A stretch of 64,000 bases of DNA from Octopus bimaculoides. Lineage: Eukaryota. Under the pieces are notes generated by a model that saw only the letters and a list, made by a program, of their open reading frames with translations, did no database searches and was not told where the DNA came from. A program made the position numbers and the translations under genes. Shown here piece after piece: positions 52,420 through 64,000 of the stretch (positions are counted from its first letter, which is position 1; the number at the start of each line of letters is the position of its first letter). The stretch spans positions 20,178,901 to 20,242,900 of the forward strand of contig NC_068982.1 in NCBI RefSeq assembly GCF_001194135.2. The letters are read 5' to 3'.

Positions 52420-52690
52420 GGTAAATATCATGAACTCATTATCAGCCCCATATCTCTAACTGAAACGCTGGAGAAAATGAACAACTGGCAATCACTAAGA
52501 ACTGAAAGTTTGCGGAAATTTATTGAAATGTTTAATGGGCATTTGGAAATTCCTGACAAAATATATGGTATTCTAAATATATGGCATACTAAAATACAAT
52601 ACAATTTGAAACCTTTACTAAGTGGAAAACCACCCGAGTATCCAAGAGTCGGCAAACTCAAAGGCAAACTCCTACATGAGTGAACTGTCT
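52420..52690 (+). mobile_element. Probable RLE-element RT relic
   Basis: ETLEKMNNWQS...MFNGHLEIPDKI...KPPEYPRV parallels K..NWKSPG...FN..LE.P..IP...P.NYRPI of RLE RTs. Confidence 0.45.
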
Positions 52691-53917
52691 GTTTAAAATG
52701 CCATAATAGAAATATGTAGAGAGTAATCAATACAACACTTACTGCGAATACTCATCGTTATAAATTGCTTTCATGACATCACTCCGAAATAATCATAATG
52801 AAATCATAATTATGTGGCATGTTTGTAAATCGCTACAGCCGAATAATTTACTCTAAGAGAGAGACACACAAAGACACATACACATGCACACAAGCACACG
52901 TACACACACACGCAGAGGCACACGCATATACACACATTTATTCTCTCACTAACACATACAGTAAAGGAAGGGTGCTACTACGAAGGAGAAAGATGAATGT
53001 GGAAAAACGCAGACATGATAAATTGGTATTATACTGTGCGGATCTGCTGACAACCAAATTTATCTGAACACTCCTGAATTGCTACGATGGCTCCTGGCAT
53101 TAACTCAGCTTCCTTCGAAAGGACCATAGCTGACACTACTCCACCTTACTTTCTAATATTAATAAATCATTGCTTGTTTTCTCCGTTTAGAACCTTCCCT
53201 TCTTACTAGTGTGATTCTTTCCGTCATCTTTTTTCCTCCTAATGTCTGATTTCTTCTGTCTATCATCGACTCATTGACATTTAAATGTAAAATAATCTAC
53301 CAAACTTTTTGACACACAACCATTAATTCTTTTCTTTGTAAACAATCCATGAGTGTACAAAAAAAAAACCAACAAAAAAAAAACAAAAAGAAAACAAACA
53401 ATAAAAGAGGTCTTGATGTATGAATATACCGTGAGGCAATTCTTTAAAGTTTTAATGATTGAAAAAAAACAGCCTTTAAAAACCAAATTCGTTGCCCAGA
53501 TTAAGCCAATATTATCGATAAATTCTAAATATATCCAATATCAGTAAATATTTTGCTGATTACATATTATATATATGTGCGTGCACACGCGTGTGTGTAC
53601 ACATAAGAGGTGACAGAGGTGGAGAGCACATTGCTTTTGTGATGAAGTTGTGTTTAATAATTGAATCATTCTTATACATGGAATTTTCAATATTTGTGGA
53701 ATTTTTAAAACTTCTATTTTCATTTCCATAAACACATCTGTGTCATTTCTAGTGCAAGTTACATAAGAAAAGTTTGGAAATTCAGCGAAACTTTAATCTC
53801 CATCAATATTCAGCTCATTTGGTATTGATTACTTCATTGTTATAAGTATTATTAGGGAATATCAGATTGGAACTAAAAAAAAAAAAGACACTGTTCATCA
53901 TAACTTTTTAACGATTA

Positions 53918-54410
53918 TCCTTTACTTGTTTCATTCATTGGACTGCGGCTATGATGGGTTTAGTTGGAAATATTTACCCCAGGACTTGCTTTGTTTAAGG
54001 TCTGATATTTATATGTCGGTTCTTTTGTCGAACGGCTAAGCAGCACCGGTTGCCAAGTGGATGTATATACAGGGTGGGCAAGAGGTAGGTGTACGGTTTT
54101 TCAACTATCTATTTCGCATTCCTATATTAACAGTTTAGATCTTAATTACAAAAGATATGAAACCATTATTCTATGCTAATTAAGTTAATTGTAAGATAAA
54201 AATTTAAATATAATGAAGTGTTTTAAAAGAAATTTGAAGTGCCTATGCGATAACTGTAAGCCTACTTTTGGGCCACCCTGTATATCAATCATATTCACAA
54301 AGCTTTAGTTAGCTCGAGGTTGATAATAGATGATACTTGTTGAAGGTGTTGTATTATGGGACTGAATCAAGGTCTGATGTTTGAGAAGTAAACTTCTTAC
54401 CCACACACCT
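53918..54410 (-). mobile_element. Old SINE family C copy split by a MITE
   Basis: Tail (TTTACTTGTTTCATTCATTGGACTGCGG) left of the MITE; head half (TTCACAAAGCTTT...CTTACCCACAC) to its right. Confidence 0.7.
54070..54280. mobile_element. Tc1/mariner MITE
   Basis: TA|CAGGGTGGGCAAGAGGTAGG ... CCTACTTTTGGGCCACCCTG|TA. Confidence 0.9.
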
Positions 54411-54917
54411 AGACTTCAACAAATTGATCGTAAATTTAAAACAATGCTGTACACAAATTACGAATTAATTTGAACGGTGTCTATCTCGAAAGTTAAAATC
54501 CATTATATTGGATCATTTACATGCATTGAGTAATAGAATGTAAAATTGTGATACACACACACTGAATGCTTGGGTACACGTTACTCAGATACTCAGGTAA
54601 ATAGTTAGAGAATAAATATATAGTGTATCTAACATAATAGATAATACATCTTTTGAAATGCTATTCAAATAAAACTGTGACGTTTATGTAAGTGTTTTCT
54701 ACAATAAATTATTGAAATGCTTCGAACATTCAAATAATTGAACTTCACGAATATTTTCATGTTCAGTTATTCCTTTCATTTTCCGTGAAACTATTTCTTT
54801 ATAATACAAAAAGTATGCGTTACATTTTCAGAAAGGACATATTTTGTAAAATTATAAAGAACATTAGGAAAATATTACGCGTAATCACAATGGAATGTTT
54901 CTCATATATATATATAT

Positions 54918-54966
<49 letters not shown>

Positions 54967-55075
54967 NNNNNNNNNNNNNNNNNNNNNNNNNNNNNNNNNN
55001 NNNNNNNNNNNNNNNNNNNNNNNNNNNNNNNNNNNNNNNNNNNNNNNNNNNNNNNNNNNNNNNNNNNNNNNNNNN
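54967..55075. other. Assembly gap in (TA)n
   Basis: Run of N. Confidence 1.
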
Positions 55076-55636
55076 TATATATATATATATATATACGTCA
55101 GGACCTTATTTCAAAAATTACCTCCGCATAATTCACGCCGTTAGAGACTTGAAAGTTTACGTGTTTTAGACTAGATGTAATGGCGTCGCTAAGTCTATCT
55201 TTTTTCCCACTGTGAAGACCTATTCAGCATATATGATCAATATTCATAAAGAAAATGGGACGTACAGAATATTTCTAGTAATTCGACACGCCAGGTGGTA
55301 ATACATGTATGTATCTAAAAGTACAATTTTTTTCAACTTATATATCTATATAATTTCATGCTAAATCACCATATCACACTGGTTTTAGAGATATGTTTGC
55401 GTTAATTTATGTCAAATTTCCTTTGGCTGATTTTGAATTATGCGTGTTCGACCCTGGGGTCACCGACCAGGGTGAATGTTACAATAGAAAATGATAACAT
55501 AAATTATACTTTGATGAAATATTGACCTTTACGGAGCATCATCTTCCTGATATGACATGACAACAAAGATCTCAATATTTGTTCAAAGAATAAAAATGGC
55601 TCGGAGCTTACAGGAATATGCTTGTATATTCATTGG

Positions 55637-55720
55637 AATATGTATGTATGTATGTATGTATGTATATATGTATGTATGTATGTATGTATTTATGTATGTA
55701 TATATGTATGTATGTATGTA
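55637..55720. repeat. (ATGT)n microsatellite
   Basis: Direct reading. Confidence 0.9.
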
Positions 55721-55745
55721 GGATGGATGAATTTTGTATGTATGC

Positions 55746-55777
<32 letters not shown>

Positions 55778-55879
55778 CTCTATCTACCTATGCAGACAGA
55801 TACATATATATATATATACATACACGTATACATACAAAATACTTCCTCTGTAGAGGAAATCCGCTCCGTAGTTATCAAA

Positions 55880-57080
55880 ACCCGCAAAATCCTGACAACA
55901 TCTTGAAACTTCCGCAGAAGCAGTGATGTTGACAGGCTCAACCTAAGAAGAAATGAAGAGTTAGAGACCTGAGAACAGTGCAGACGGCCTTCGAATGCCG
56001 TATGGTATTATTGAGGCAGCACCTGCTAAACAACAGCAAAAACTAAATATATTAGTGCAGTCCTGAAAAGTGAAATGAGCAACATTGTACAAGTTGGCTG
56101 TGAACTCCTCAAGAAACACTCTCTACCCGATGATCTTCTACACAGCCCCACAGCAGCTGGGATTTTTTATCTCAGAGAAGACTTCGATGGAAAGCACTCA
56201 ACATACAAAAAAGACCATGCATGGGTATGTTGCCCGGAAGCTTGAAGAAGGCAATAGAACTGACACGAAGTGTGACATCACATCACACTTTGAAGGGCAT
56301 GCGTTTGCAATCCAGGAACAGGAGATAGCCACACATACTTGGTGAATAAGAAATACAGTTACGCTCTTGTAATCCCAAGGTGCAACCGCATGCGTAGGCT
56401 ATGTGATGTTTCTGTAGAAGACATTACGCATGTGATTAGTGCTGCCCTAGAATGTCGTAACAGTACTACCTCCCTTTGTGGCACGATTTTGTTTCTAAAA
56501 CAATTTACAATGCCATCCACAGAAAAAAGACTGTCCTGAAATAAACTTAGAAAATCCCTCTGTTATGGAATACATTCAAAAATACCAACCCAAGGAACAC
56601 TGGTGGAATATTGCCATCAAAACGTCTGTCAGATGTAAGCATAACAGGCTGGATATTGTTGTTTAGGACATAGGGGCAAAGGTATGTACCCTCATAGAGA
56701 TTAGTTGCATTGCAGATATAAATATCTCTTTGAAAATTAAAGACAAAGTGGATATCTATGGACAACTGCTTCGAAATCTCGAGCTTCTATATCCAGACTA
56801 TGAATTTATATTCATGGCAATAATAATTAGAGGACTAGGTTTTGTTAGTAAATGCTTAAAGGAGAATCTGGATAACAGGGATTTTCAGAAGGAGCAATTG
56901 ACTGGTTGATTCGTACATTAAAAGTGTAATCTGTGAGTGGAACAGTGAAAATATGCAAGACTTTTCTCAAGTTTCAAATGTGAATTTGTCTGTGTTAACT
57001 ACATCGAAAAGATGGAACGTTGAATCTTTGTTGGAGGATAACGCCCTTCTCAGTGGAAGATTTATAATAATAAAAAAATA
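55880..57080 (+). mobile_element. Decayed RLE retrotransposon (post-RT region, CCHC knuckle, PD-(D/E)xK endonuclease)
   Basis: SDVDRLNLRRN, FEGHAFAIQEQEIAT, RLCDVSVEDITHVIS, WWNIAIKTSVRCKHNRLDIVV*D...CTLIEISC..DINI..K..DK..IY..L...L.LLYPDY...IIIRGLG. Confidence 0.9.
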
Positions 57081-57107
57081 GAAGATACATACATACATAC
57101 ATACATA

Positions 57108-57353
57108 CAGAGTGAGCCAAAAGTAGCTATAGACTTTTAAATATTTTTCATTTTATTACTTTTACACTCAGTTATTAAAATTACATTTATGAAACACAGT
57201 TTAATCTCGTAAATGGTCGAAATGTCCTCCTTCAACATGGGAACATTCATCAAGCCTCCCAGAACACTGTAACACACAGCACATTATTCACGGTACCTGT
57301 AAAAATCGAATAAGTTAATTTTAAAAGTGTTTACCTACTTTTGGCCCACCCTG
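57108..57353 (-). mobile_element. Tc1/mariner deletion derivative, same TIR family as 54070
   Basis: TA|CAGAGTGAGCCAAAAGTAG ... CCTACTTTTGGCCCACCCTG|TA. Internal minus-strand GRLDECSHVEGGHFDHLRD*. Confidence 0.9.
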
Positions 57354-57355
57354 TA

Positions 57356-57609
57356 NNNNNNNNNNNNNNNNNNNNNNNNNNNNNNNNNNNNNNNNNNNNN
57401 NNNNNNNNNNNNNNNNNNNNNNNNNNNNNNNNNNNNNNNNNNNNNNNNNNNNNNNNNNNNNNNNNNNNNNNNNNNNNNNNNNNNNNNNNNNNNNNNNNNN
57501 NNNNNNNNNNNNNNNNNNNNNNNNNNNNNNNNNNNNNNNNNNNNNNNNNNNNNNNNNNNNNNNNNNNNNNNNNNNNNNNNNNNNNNNNNNNNNNNNNNNN
57601 NNNNNNNNN
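57356..57609. other. Assembly gap followed by (CT)n
   Basis: Run of N. Confidence 1.
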
Positions 57610-57651
<42 letters not shown>

Positions 57652-58039
57652 GGTCTCATAGTGTGCATTGCCTTTATTTCCACATTGACGATGCATGGTA
57701 ATCCTTCCACTTTTATGTTAACACTCACTAATGTCTCGTTTACTTTCTCCCTTCTCTCTGTATTCAATGGAAAACATGACTGGAGAAATCAACAAGCATT
57801 TATACGCACACAAACATATACATTCATACACACATAGATACGTACATATGTACATATATACATTTTTACATACATACTTATATACTTATATACATACGTA
57901 TATGCATAGAAGTGCCTGGTGTATTCTTATCAGGCAGGTAGTCATGGTGAGTATGTTGGGCTTCGTATATATGTACTCCGGTGTCAATTTGACAGCTTGT
58001 GCTACTCTCTCCCTCAATAATAATAACATACATATAAAC

Positions 58040-58640
58040 ATGATAATCCCCGTATTTGGGATATTTGACTGGTTTATACAGCAATACCACTTCATAAATG
58101 TTAAAACCCACATAATCCTAACCTCAATTGGAAGTCTCCAGAGCAATAGCGCTATCGACAGGATGCATCTAAGAAGAAATGAAAGAGGTAGAAGCTTGAG
58201 ATCATTATAGATAGCCTTCGAATGTCGTCTAGTCTCTCTCAAACAACACTTAAGTACATTATCTTAGTGCTGAAAAGTGAGGAGAACCATATCCTACGGC
58301 AGTGAACTCCTCAAGAAGCATCCTCTTCCAGTTGACCTCCCATACAACTCCCAAACAGCCGACGTAACCTATCCCAACGATGACCTGTATGTGAAATGCT
58401 CAGCATACAAAAGATATACTATTCTTGGGAGCGTTTTCTGAAGACTTGAAGAAGATTATATCCAAATAAAGCACAGCTTCTCTTGGTATCATGATCGCTA
58501 TACAATATCACACTTCGAAGGCTGCGTATTTACAATCCAAGAACAGGAGAAATACCTAATAGTGAAGCCGCTCGGAGCGTCAGGATGCAAGCGAACATAT
58601 AGATTATGTAATATATCTGTGGAAAAACGAATGGATAATA
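58040..58640 (+). mobile_element. RLE fragment paralogous to 55880-56420
   Basis: IIPVFGIFDW...SNSAIDRMHLRRNERGRSLRSL*IAFECRLVSLKQHL...FEGCVFTIQEQE. Confidence 0.8.
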
Positions 58641-58812
58641 ATGGCTAAGTGTTCCTTTTAAGAAATAATTATCAGAATATTAACGACCAAATTACTACTC
58701 TGCACTTGAATCTCTGTAGCAAGCGTTTTATGGAATTATTCTGTGTTTATGTGACAAATATTTCCTGCAAAGAATTAACTTTATCTCTATATTATGTACC
58801 TCGGGAACGACA

Positions 58813-58866
58813 ATAATTTTACTCCGAATATATTCGGAGTAAAATTATATACATATTCGGAGTAAA
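58813..58866. repeat. 36-bp perfect palindrome plus an extra right-arm copy
   Basis: ATAATTTTACTCCGAATA|TATTCGGAGTAAAATTAT (58813-58848); ATATTCGGAGTAAA repeated at 58853-58866. Confidence 0.9.
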
Positions 58867-58899
58867 TATATATTTAAAATATTTTTTTTTCTGCTTATA

Positions 58900-59930
58900 A
58901 TTGCTATAAGTAAGGTTGCTGTCGAAGATTTGATACTATCAAAATAGTATATTGAAGCTATGTTCTGAAATGAGTTTAGCAACAAGTGACATATTCATTC
59001 TCCCGAAATCTATACATTAACTCATATGGATGCATCGATGACCAAATTTGTTTATTTATACTGTAAAATTCTTGAACAAGTTAAACTAAAACTATTTGCT
59101 AGTGATGCGATTAGATCAAATAAATAGAAAATTCCAAGTGCTGCATAAACTTCGAAATACTAAATCTAAATATATGTGGAGCTGTTACTATGGCACATTC
59201 CGATTGTTCACCGAGAGATTACACCCACCACAAAAAAAAAAAAATATTATCCCTAAGTTAATTTCAGCTACGTTGATACAGGAACACATAAGTAAGTTCA
59301 AGGAAAATAATTCAGAAACATTTACGCTCCTATATACTGTGAATTAGTTGCATAAGAAATGTATTATTTCTAATTCATGTGAAAGATAAATTTGATAGCA
59401 AAAGAATCGCTGCAGTCCCATATATATCGTAAATCAACGTAACAGAGAGAATTGAAAATCATGACGCACAAATGCATATCGACCAATTTTCAATTGCCAT
59501 TCGACACAAAGTATGCTACTCAATGTATGGTTTGACATAATGGATATTTTCTCCTCACCAATCATTTTTTACTCCCGTCTGAACTAAAGGCGGTTCCACT
59601 CTCATGAATTATAACGGGGGTTTGTTGAAGCGATGGGCAGACACTTTAACGGATCCTTTTCAGAACAGCAACAAATTAGAAAAGGTTATTATGAGAGACG
59701 CTCCAATATATCAAGCTATTCAGAAAATTGATATGAATTTTAACAGACACGAAATTGGAATTTCCATTTAAGAAATCAATTCAGAAAAGGGCGCAGGAGT
59801 TAATATTGTTGATTGTATATCATCTGTGATTATTACGCATTGTGATAATGCAGGAGAGAGAATTATATGATTAACACACTGACAACGTGACTGCAATAGA
59901 GGCCAAGTAAAATCAAAGTCATCTTAGTAA
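58900..59930 (+). mobile_element. Decayed RTE-type LINE (late endonuclease to pre-RT linker)
   Basis: LKLCSEMSLATSDIFILPK...IWMH, FRLFTERLHPPQKK, LKRWAD, IDMNFNRHEIGISI*EINSEKGAGV. Confidence 0.55.
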
Positions 59931-59970
59931 CACAAGCAAATCCCTTACACGTTTATATATATATATATAT

Positions 59971-60365
59971 NNNNNNNNNNNNNNNNNNNNNNNNNNNNNN
60001 NNNNNNNNNNNNNNNNNNNNNNNNNNNNNNNNNNNNNNNNNNNNNNNNNNNNNNNNNNNNNNNNNNNNNNNNNNNNNNNNNNNNNNNNNNNNNNNNNNNN
60101 NNNNNNNNNNNNNNNNNNNNNNNNNNNNNNNNNNNNNNNNNNNNNNNNNNNNNNNNNNNNNNNNNNNNNNNNNNNNNNNNNNNNNNNNNNNNNNNNNNNN
60201 NNNNNNNNNNNNNNNNNNNNNNNNNNNNNNNNNNNNNNNNNNNNNNNNNNNNNNNNNNNNNNNNNNNNNNNNNNNNNNNNNNNNNNNNNNNNNNNNNNNN
60301 NNNNNNNNNNNNNNNNNNNNNNNNNNNNNNNNNNNNNNNNNNNNNNNNNNNNNNNNNNNNNNNNN
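59971..60365. other. Assembly gap
   Basis: Run of N. Confidence 1.
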
Positions 60366-60891
60366 AAAGAGTGAACGAAAAAATCATATGCGACGATCGT
60401 TGGAGCAAATGTATATTATGACCTTTTTAGCTAACGTTCCAAGCATTCCATTAATATTAATTTTCTTTATATATATATAGATTCGTAAATGTTATTAATT
60501 AAACATATAGTCCCGTATTATGTATGTTACGTGTAAGCGCTTTCTTTATTCAGACTTTTCAGACGAACGTATTCTGAGCTAAACAGCTTAGCCAAAGAAA
60601 AGTGTTTTGAACAACAAAAGTGCATACACACATTGCACCCCAATACGAAAAGTCCTTTCGCAAATGATTTTCGTATCATTCAATTTCTGGAACTTTATTT
60701 TCAAATGTTAACTTTCCAGAAAATCTTTCTTTAAATATTCTGTCTATCAAGTATTTTTTTTCAAAAGTTCTAAATGCATACATACGTACATACATACATA
60801 ATACATACATACATACATACATACATACATGTATACATGCATACATACATGCACACTACATACATGCACACTACATACATATCCATATATA

Positions 60892-60935
<44 letters not shown>

Positions 60936-61271
60936 AGTGTGTGTCTGTACATGCGTACTTACACAAACTTACACAGATGTACATACGGAAGCTAATACAT
61001 TGATATATGCCCTAGCGCGCTTTGCGCACATACATGTATAACTGCATATGAAGATGAGAGAGTGCTATGTTTGAATAAACATAATCGATTGATATACTGA
61101 GAAGCGCGTATTACGTATTCATCTGTGAACCACATCGTAGACTCAATTACGCAAACTCGCGAACACCTACATATGTACACATGGATACATAGAGACACAC
61201 TCACACACATTTATATACGTATACATTAACGAAACTAGTTTAATGAATCTCGCATCTCTCCCTTTCTCTCA

Positions 61272-61327
<56 letters not shown>

Positions 61328-61360
61328 GCATGCACACACACACAGATATATATATATATA

Positions 61361-61650
61361 GGCGCAGGCATAGCTGTGTGGTAAGTATCTTGTTTACCAA
61401 CCACATGGTCCCGGGTTCGCTCCCACTGCGTGGCACCCTATGTGAGTGTCTACTATAGCCTCTGGCCGACCAAAGCCTTGTGAGTGGATTTGGTAGTCGG
61501 AAACTGAAAGAAGCCCTTCATGTATTTATATATATATATATTACTAGGCTTGCAAAGAATAAGTCCTGGGGTTTGAATTGTTCGACTAAAGGCGGTGCTC
61601 CAGCATGGCTGCAGCAAAATGACTGAAACAAATAAAACAATAAAAGGAAA
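61361..61650 (+). mobile_element. SINE family C with internal deletion
   Basis: Head GGCGCAGGCATAGCTGTGTGGTAAG; tail AAAGGCGGTGCTCCAGCATGG...ATGACTGAAAC. Confidence 0.9.
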
Positions 61651-61820
61651 AATAAAAGAATATATACATATATATACGTATATTTATATATTCGTATATA
61701 TTTATACATATATGCATATGTGCATGTATACATGTATATATACATATATATATATATTTATATATATGTTCATATATACATTTATGTATATATATATATG
61801 TATATATGTGCATATATATA

Positions 61821-61852
61821 NNNNNNNNNNNNNNNNNNNNNNNNNNNNNNNN
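61821..61852. other. Assembly gap
   Basis: Run of N. Confidence 1.
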
Positions 61853-62743
61853 TATATATATATGCACGTGTGTATGTATATTTTGAAAGGGTGAGGGAAA
61901 GGGAGATAGAGAGTGACAGATGGCATTGGTAAGTTTACGTACATAAATAATAAACATATTATAAAGGCTTTTTTGTTTAATACTTTTTTTTTCTTAGAAT
62001 ATCAAGATGCTATACTTTGATTCCTTAAGCAATTATTCTAAGTTGCACTCCTTATTAGGAATTCAATATTCTTAATTGCTATCTTTTTGGCGCCAATCCT
62101 TATTCTAGTGTCCAAGTCAACTAATGAAATGGAAGAAGTTTTCAAAGAAACTATGGCACGCATCGCATCTCTTTTATATTGTTCTATTCTCTCGCTACTT
62201 TCTTTCTTATTTCATTCGCCTAATAAGTCATTATTTTTATATTCGTTTTTCTATAGTATTTTGGCAAGTGTTTCTTGGCATGTAACAAGTCTTTAAGATT
62301 TAATCTCCAAGGCGTGAAATAGATTCCATAAAATATATCTCGTTAAGCAGATCTAAGTTTTCATTAAACTTCTTAAACGAATATACTATAATGTAATATA
62401 AAATACAAGTAGAATTTTGAAAATTAATATTAATGGAATACTTGGAACGTTAGCTAAGCAAGCCATAAAACATATTTGCTCGAACGGTCGCATAACATGA
62501 TTTTTTCCTTCACTCTTTCTAACTAAGTTTTTAACTTCATGCTATATTATTTCATGTAATTACAAAGCGTATAAACATGACAATAAATATAACACACCTG
62601 AGTAAAACACTGAATAAAACAACAATATATATATGTATGGAACAGGATAATTAATATCATATGTTATTATGAATGAGATTCTCTGCATTTATCAGTAATG
62701 TTGCAAAAACCATTCTAACCTAACAAAGCACACACGCACACAT

Positions 62744-62825
<82 letters not shown>

Positions 62826-63055
62826 GTGTGTGTATGTGTGTGTGCGTGCGTGTGTGTGTGTGTGTATGCTTGTGCGTGTGAGTGTATGTGTGATTACATA
62901 ATACATATATGTACATATATATATATGCATATTAATATATTTAATATATGAACACACAAAGACGCACACACACACATATACATAAATATATATGCACGTG
63001 TGTAACTTTAACTCTGCACATTTATACTTAAGCCTAGATAATTTTGGCAGTTCAT

Positions 63056-63168
63056 AACATATGCTATATCCCGCTCTGTATGCCATTAATGTTTATCTAA
63101 GGACAAAGCCAACATATGCAATGTCCCGCTCCGTATGCCATTAATATTTATCGAAGGACAAAGCTAAC
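63056..63168. repeat. 55-bp tandem duplication (2 copies, ~6 differences)
   Basis: AACATATGC(T/A)AT(A/G)TCCCGCTC(T/C)GTATGCCATTAAT...GGACAAAGC at 63056 and 63111. Confidence 0.9.
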
Positions 63169-63285
63169 GATTTGGCCAACAAAGTGTTGAAAATATGTCT
63201 TTGAAGGCATTGCTGTTACAAAGCAAAAATCCAGATGTTGTTGCTAATTTGTATACAGTACAGTCAATCTACTTTTACAGGTATA

Positions 63286-63426
63286 ATTCTACCAAATCCA
63301 CTCACAAGGCTTTGGTCGGCCCGAGGCTATAGTAGAAGACACTTGCCCAAGGTGCCATGCAGTGGCTCTGAAACCGGAACCATGTGGTTCGTAAGCAAGC
63401 ACCTTACCACACAGTCACTCCTACGC
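63286..63426 (-). mobile_element. SINE family C 5' half
   Basis: CTACCAAATCCACTCACAAGGC...CTTACCACACAGTCACTCC. Confidence 0.9.
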
Positions 63427-64000
63427 TATATAATTTCTTCTTAATAAATAAATAATCATAATTGAACGATTACAAAAGAATGAAAGTGGAGCCCCTTATA
63501 ACCTGGGTAATCTGAATAGATGAGGGTATGCAATAAATATATTTTACAAAGTAAATTTTTTTAGTAATAGTCGTCTATCTGCATTACGTCATCACAAGGA
63601 AATAATATACAAAGCTGCATCAATATGTTCTCTTCATAGAGCACTATTATGTCTTCTTTTTTGTGTGTAATAAATCACTGCTTACTTTTGTACCTGGGTA
63701 GCATTTATGTCATTTACTCATAAAACAAGAAATTATTTGGTTGGTTAGCGGTAAAAAAATCTGAGTGGCGACAGAACATTGCTGCTGTGGAGACAACATA
63801 AAAATACATTGTGCCTGTCCAAACTGAATAAGACGTGTTTCAGCAATGATAATGGTTTGTAATGATAATCAAATTGTGTAACTAAGCGAGTGTAGATCCT
63901 GCAGCAAGTTACTTATCCGATAGTCTGTTAAAGGAAAAAGCCCTAAGATAAAACAGTTAAAGACATTCCAGTATGTTTATCCAAAACATAATTATGTTGC

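Noticed and set aside
52411-52683. Apparent 90-codon terminal exon after TTCAACAG|
   Set aside because: The peptide parallels an RLE reverse-transcriptase segment, and the apparent acceptor resembles a decayed SINE A motif (TGTTCAACTGGTA).

Overview
AT-rich, repeat-dense eukaryotic scaffold window with 11 N-gaps, most of them next to microsatellites. The SINE repertoire suggests an octopus or other cephalopod genome; that is my inference, not a database result. I found no supportable host protein-coding gene, rRNA, intact tRNA or CRISPR array. The ORF track is mostly microsatellite, gap or transposon read-through. The window is a mosaic of three tRNA-derived SINE families (working names A, B, C; about 25 copies), two decayed CR1-type LINEs, an RTE-type relic, eight R4/Dong-like RLE fragments, a Gypsy-like integrase relic, Tc1/mariner relics and MITEs, and Penelope-like (GIY-YIG) elements. 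The most interesting signal is a set of minimal type-I hammerhead ribozyme (HHR) motifs in three unrelated stem architectures. One sits in a Penelope 3' region that also carries a tRNA-like A-box module (2 copies). A second has a 10-bp stem II (48824-48881). A third is a pair of oppositely oriented HHR motifs inside a ~317-bp palindromic MITE-like element (29410-29726), giving one ribozyme motif per strand. Boundaries of decayed elements are approximate. All translations and pairings were read by eye.
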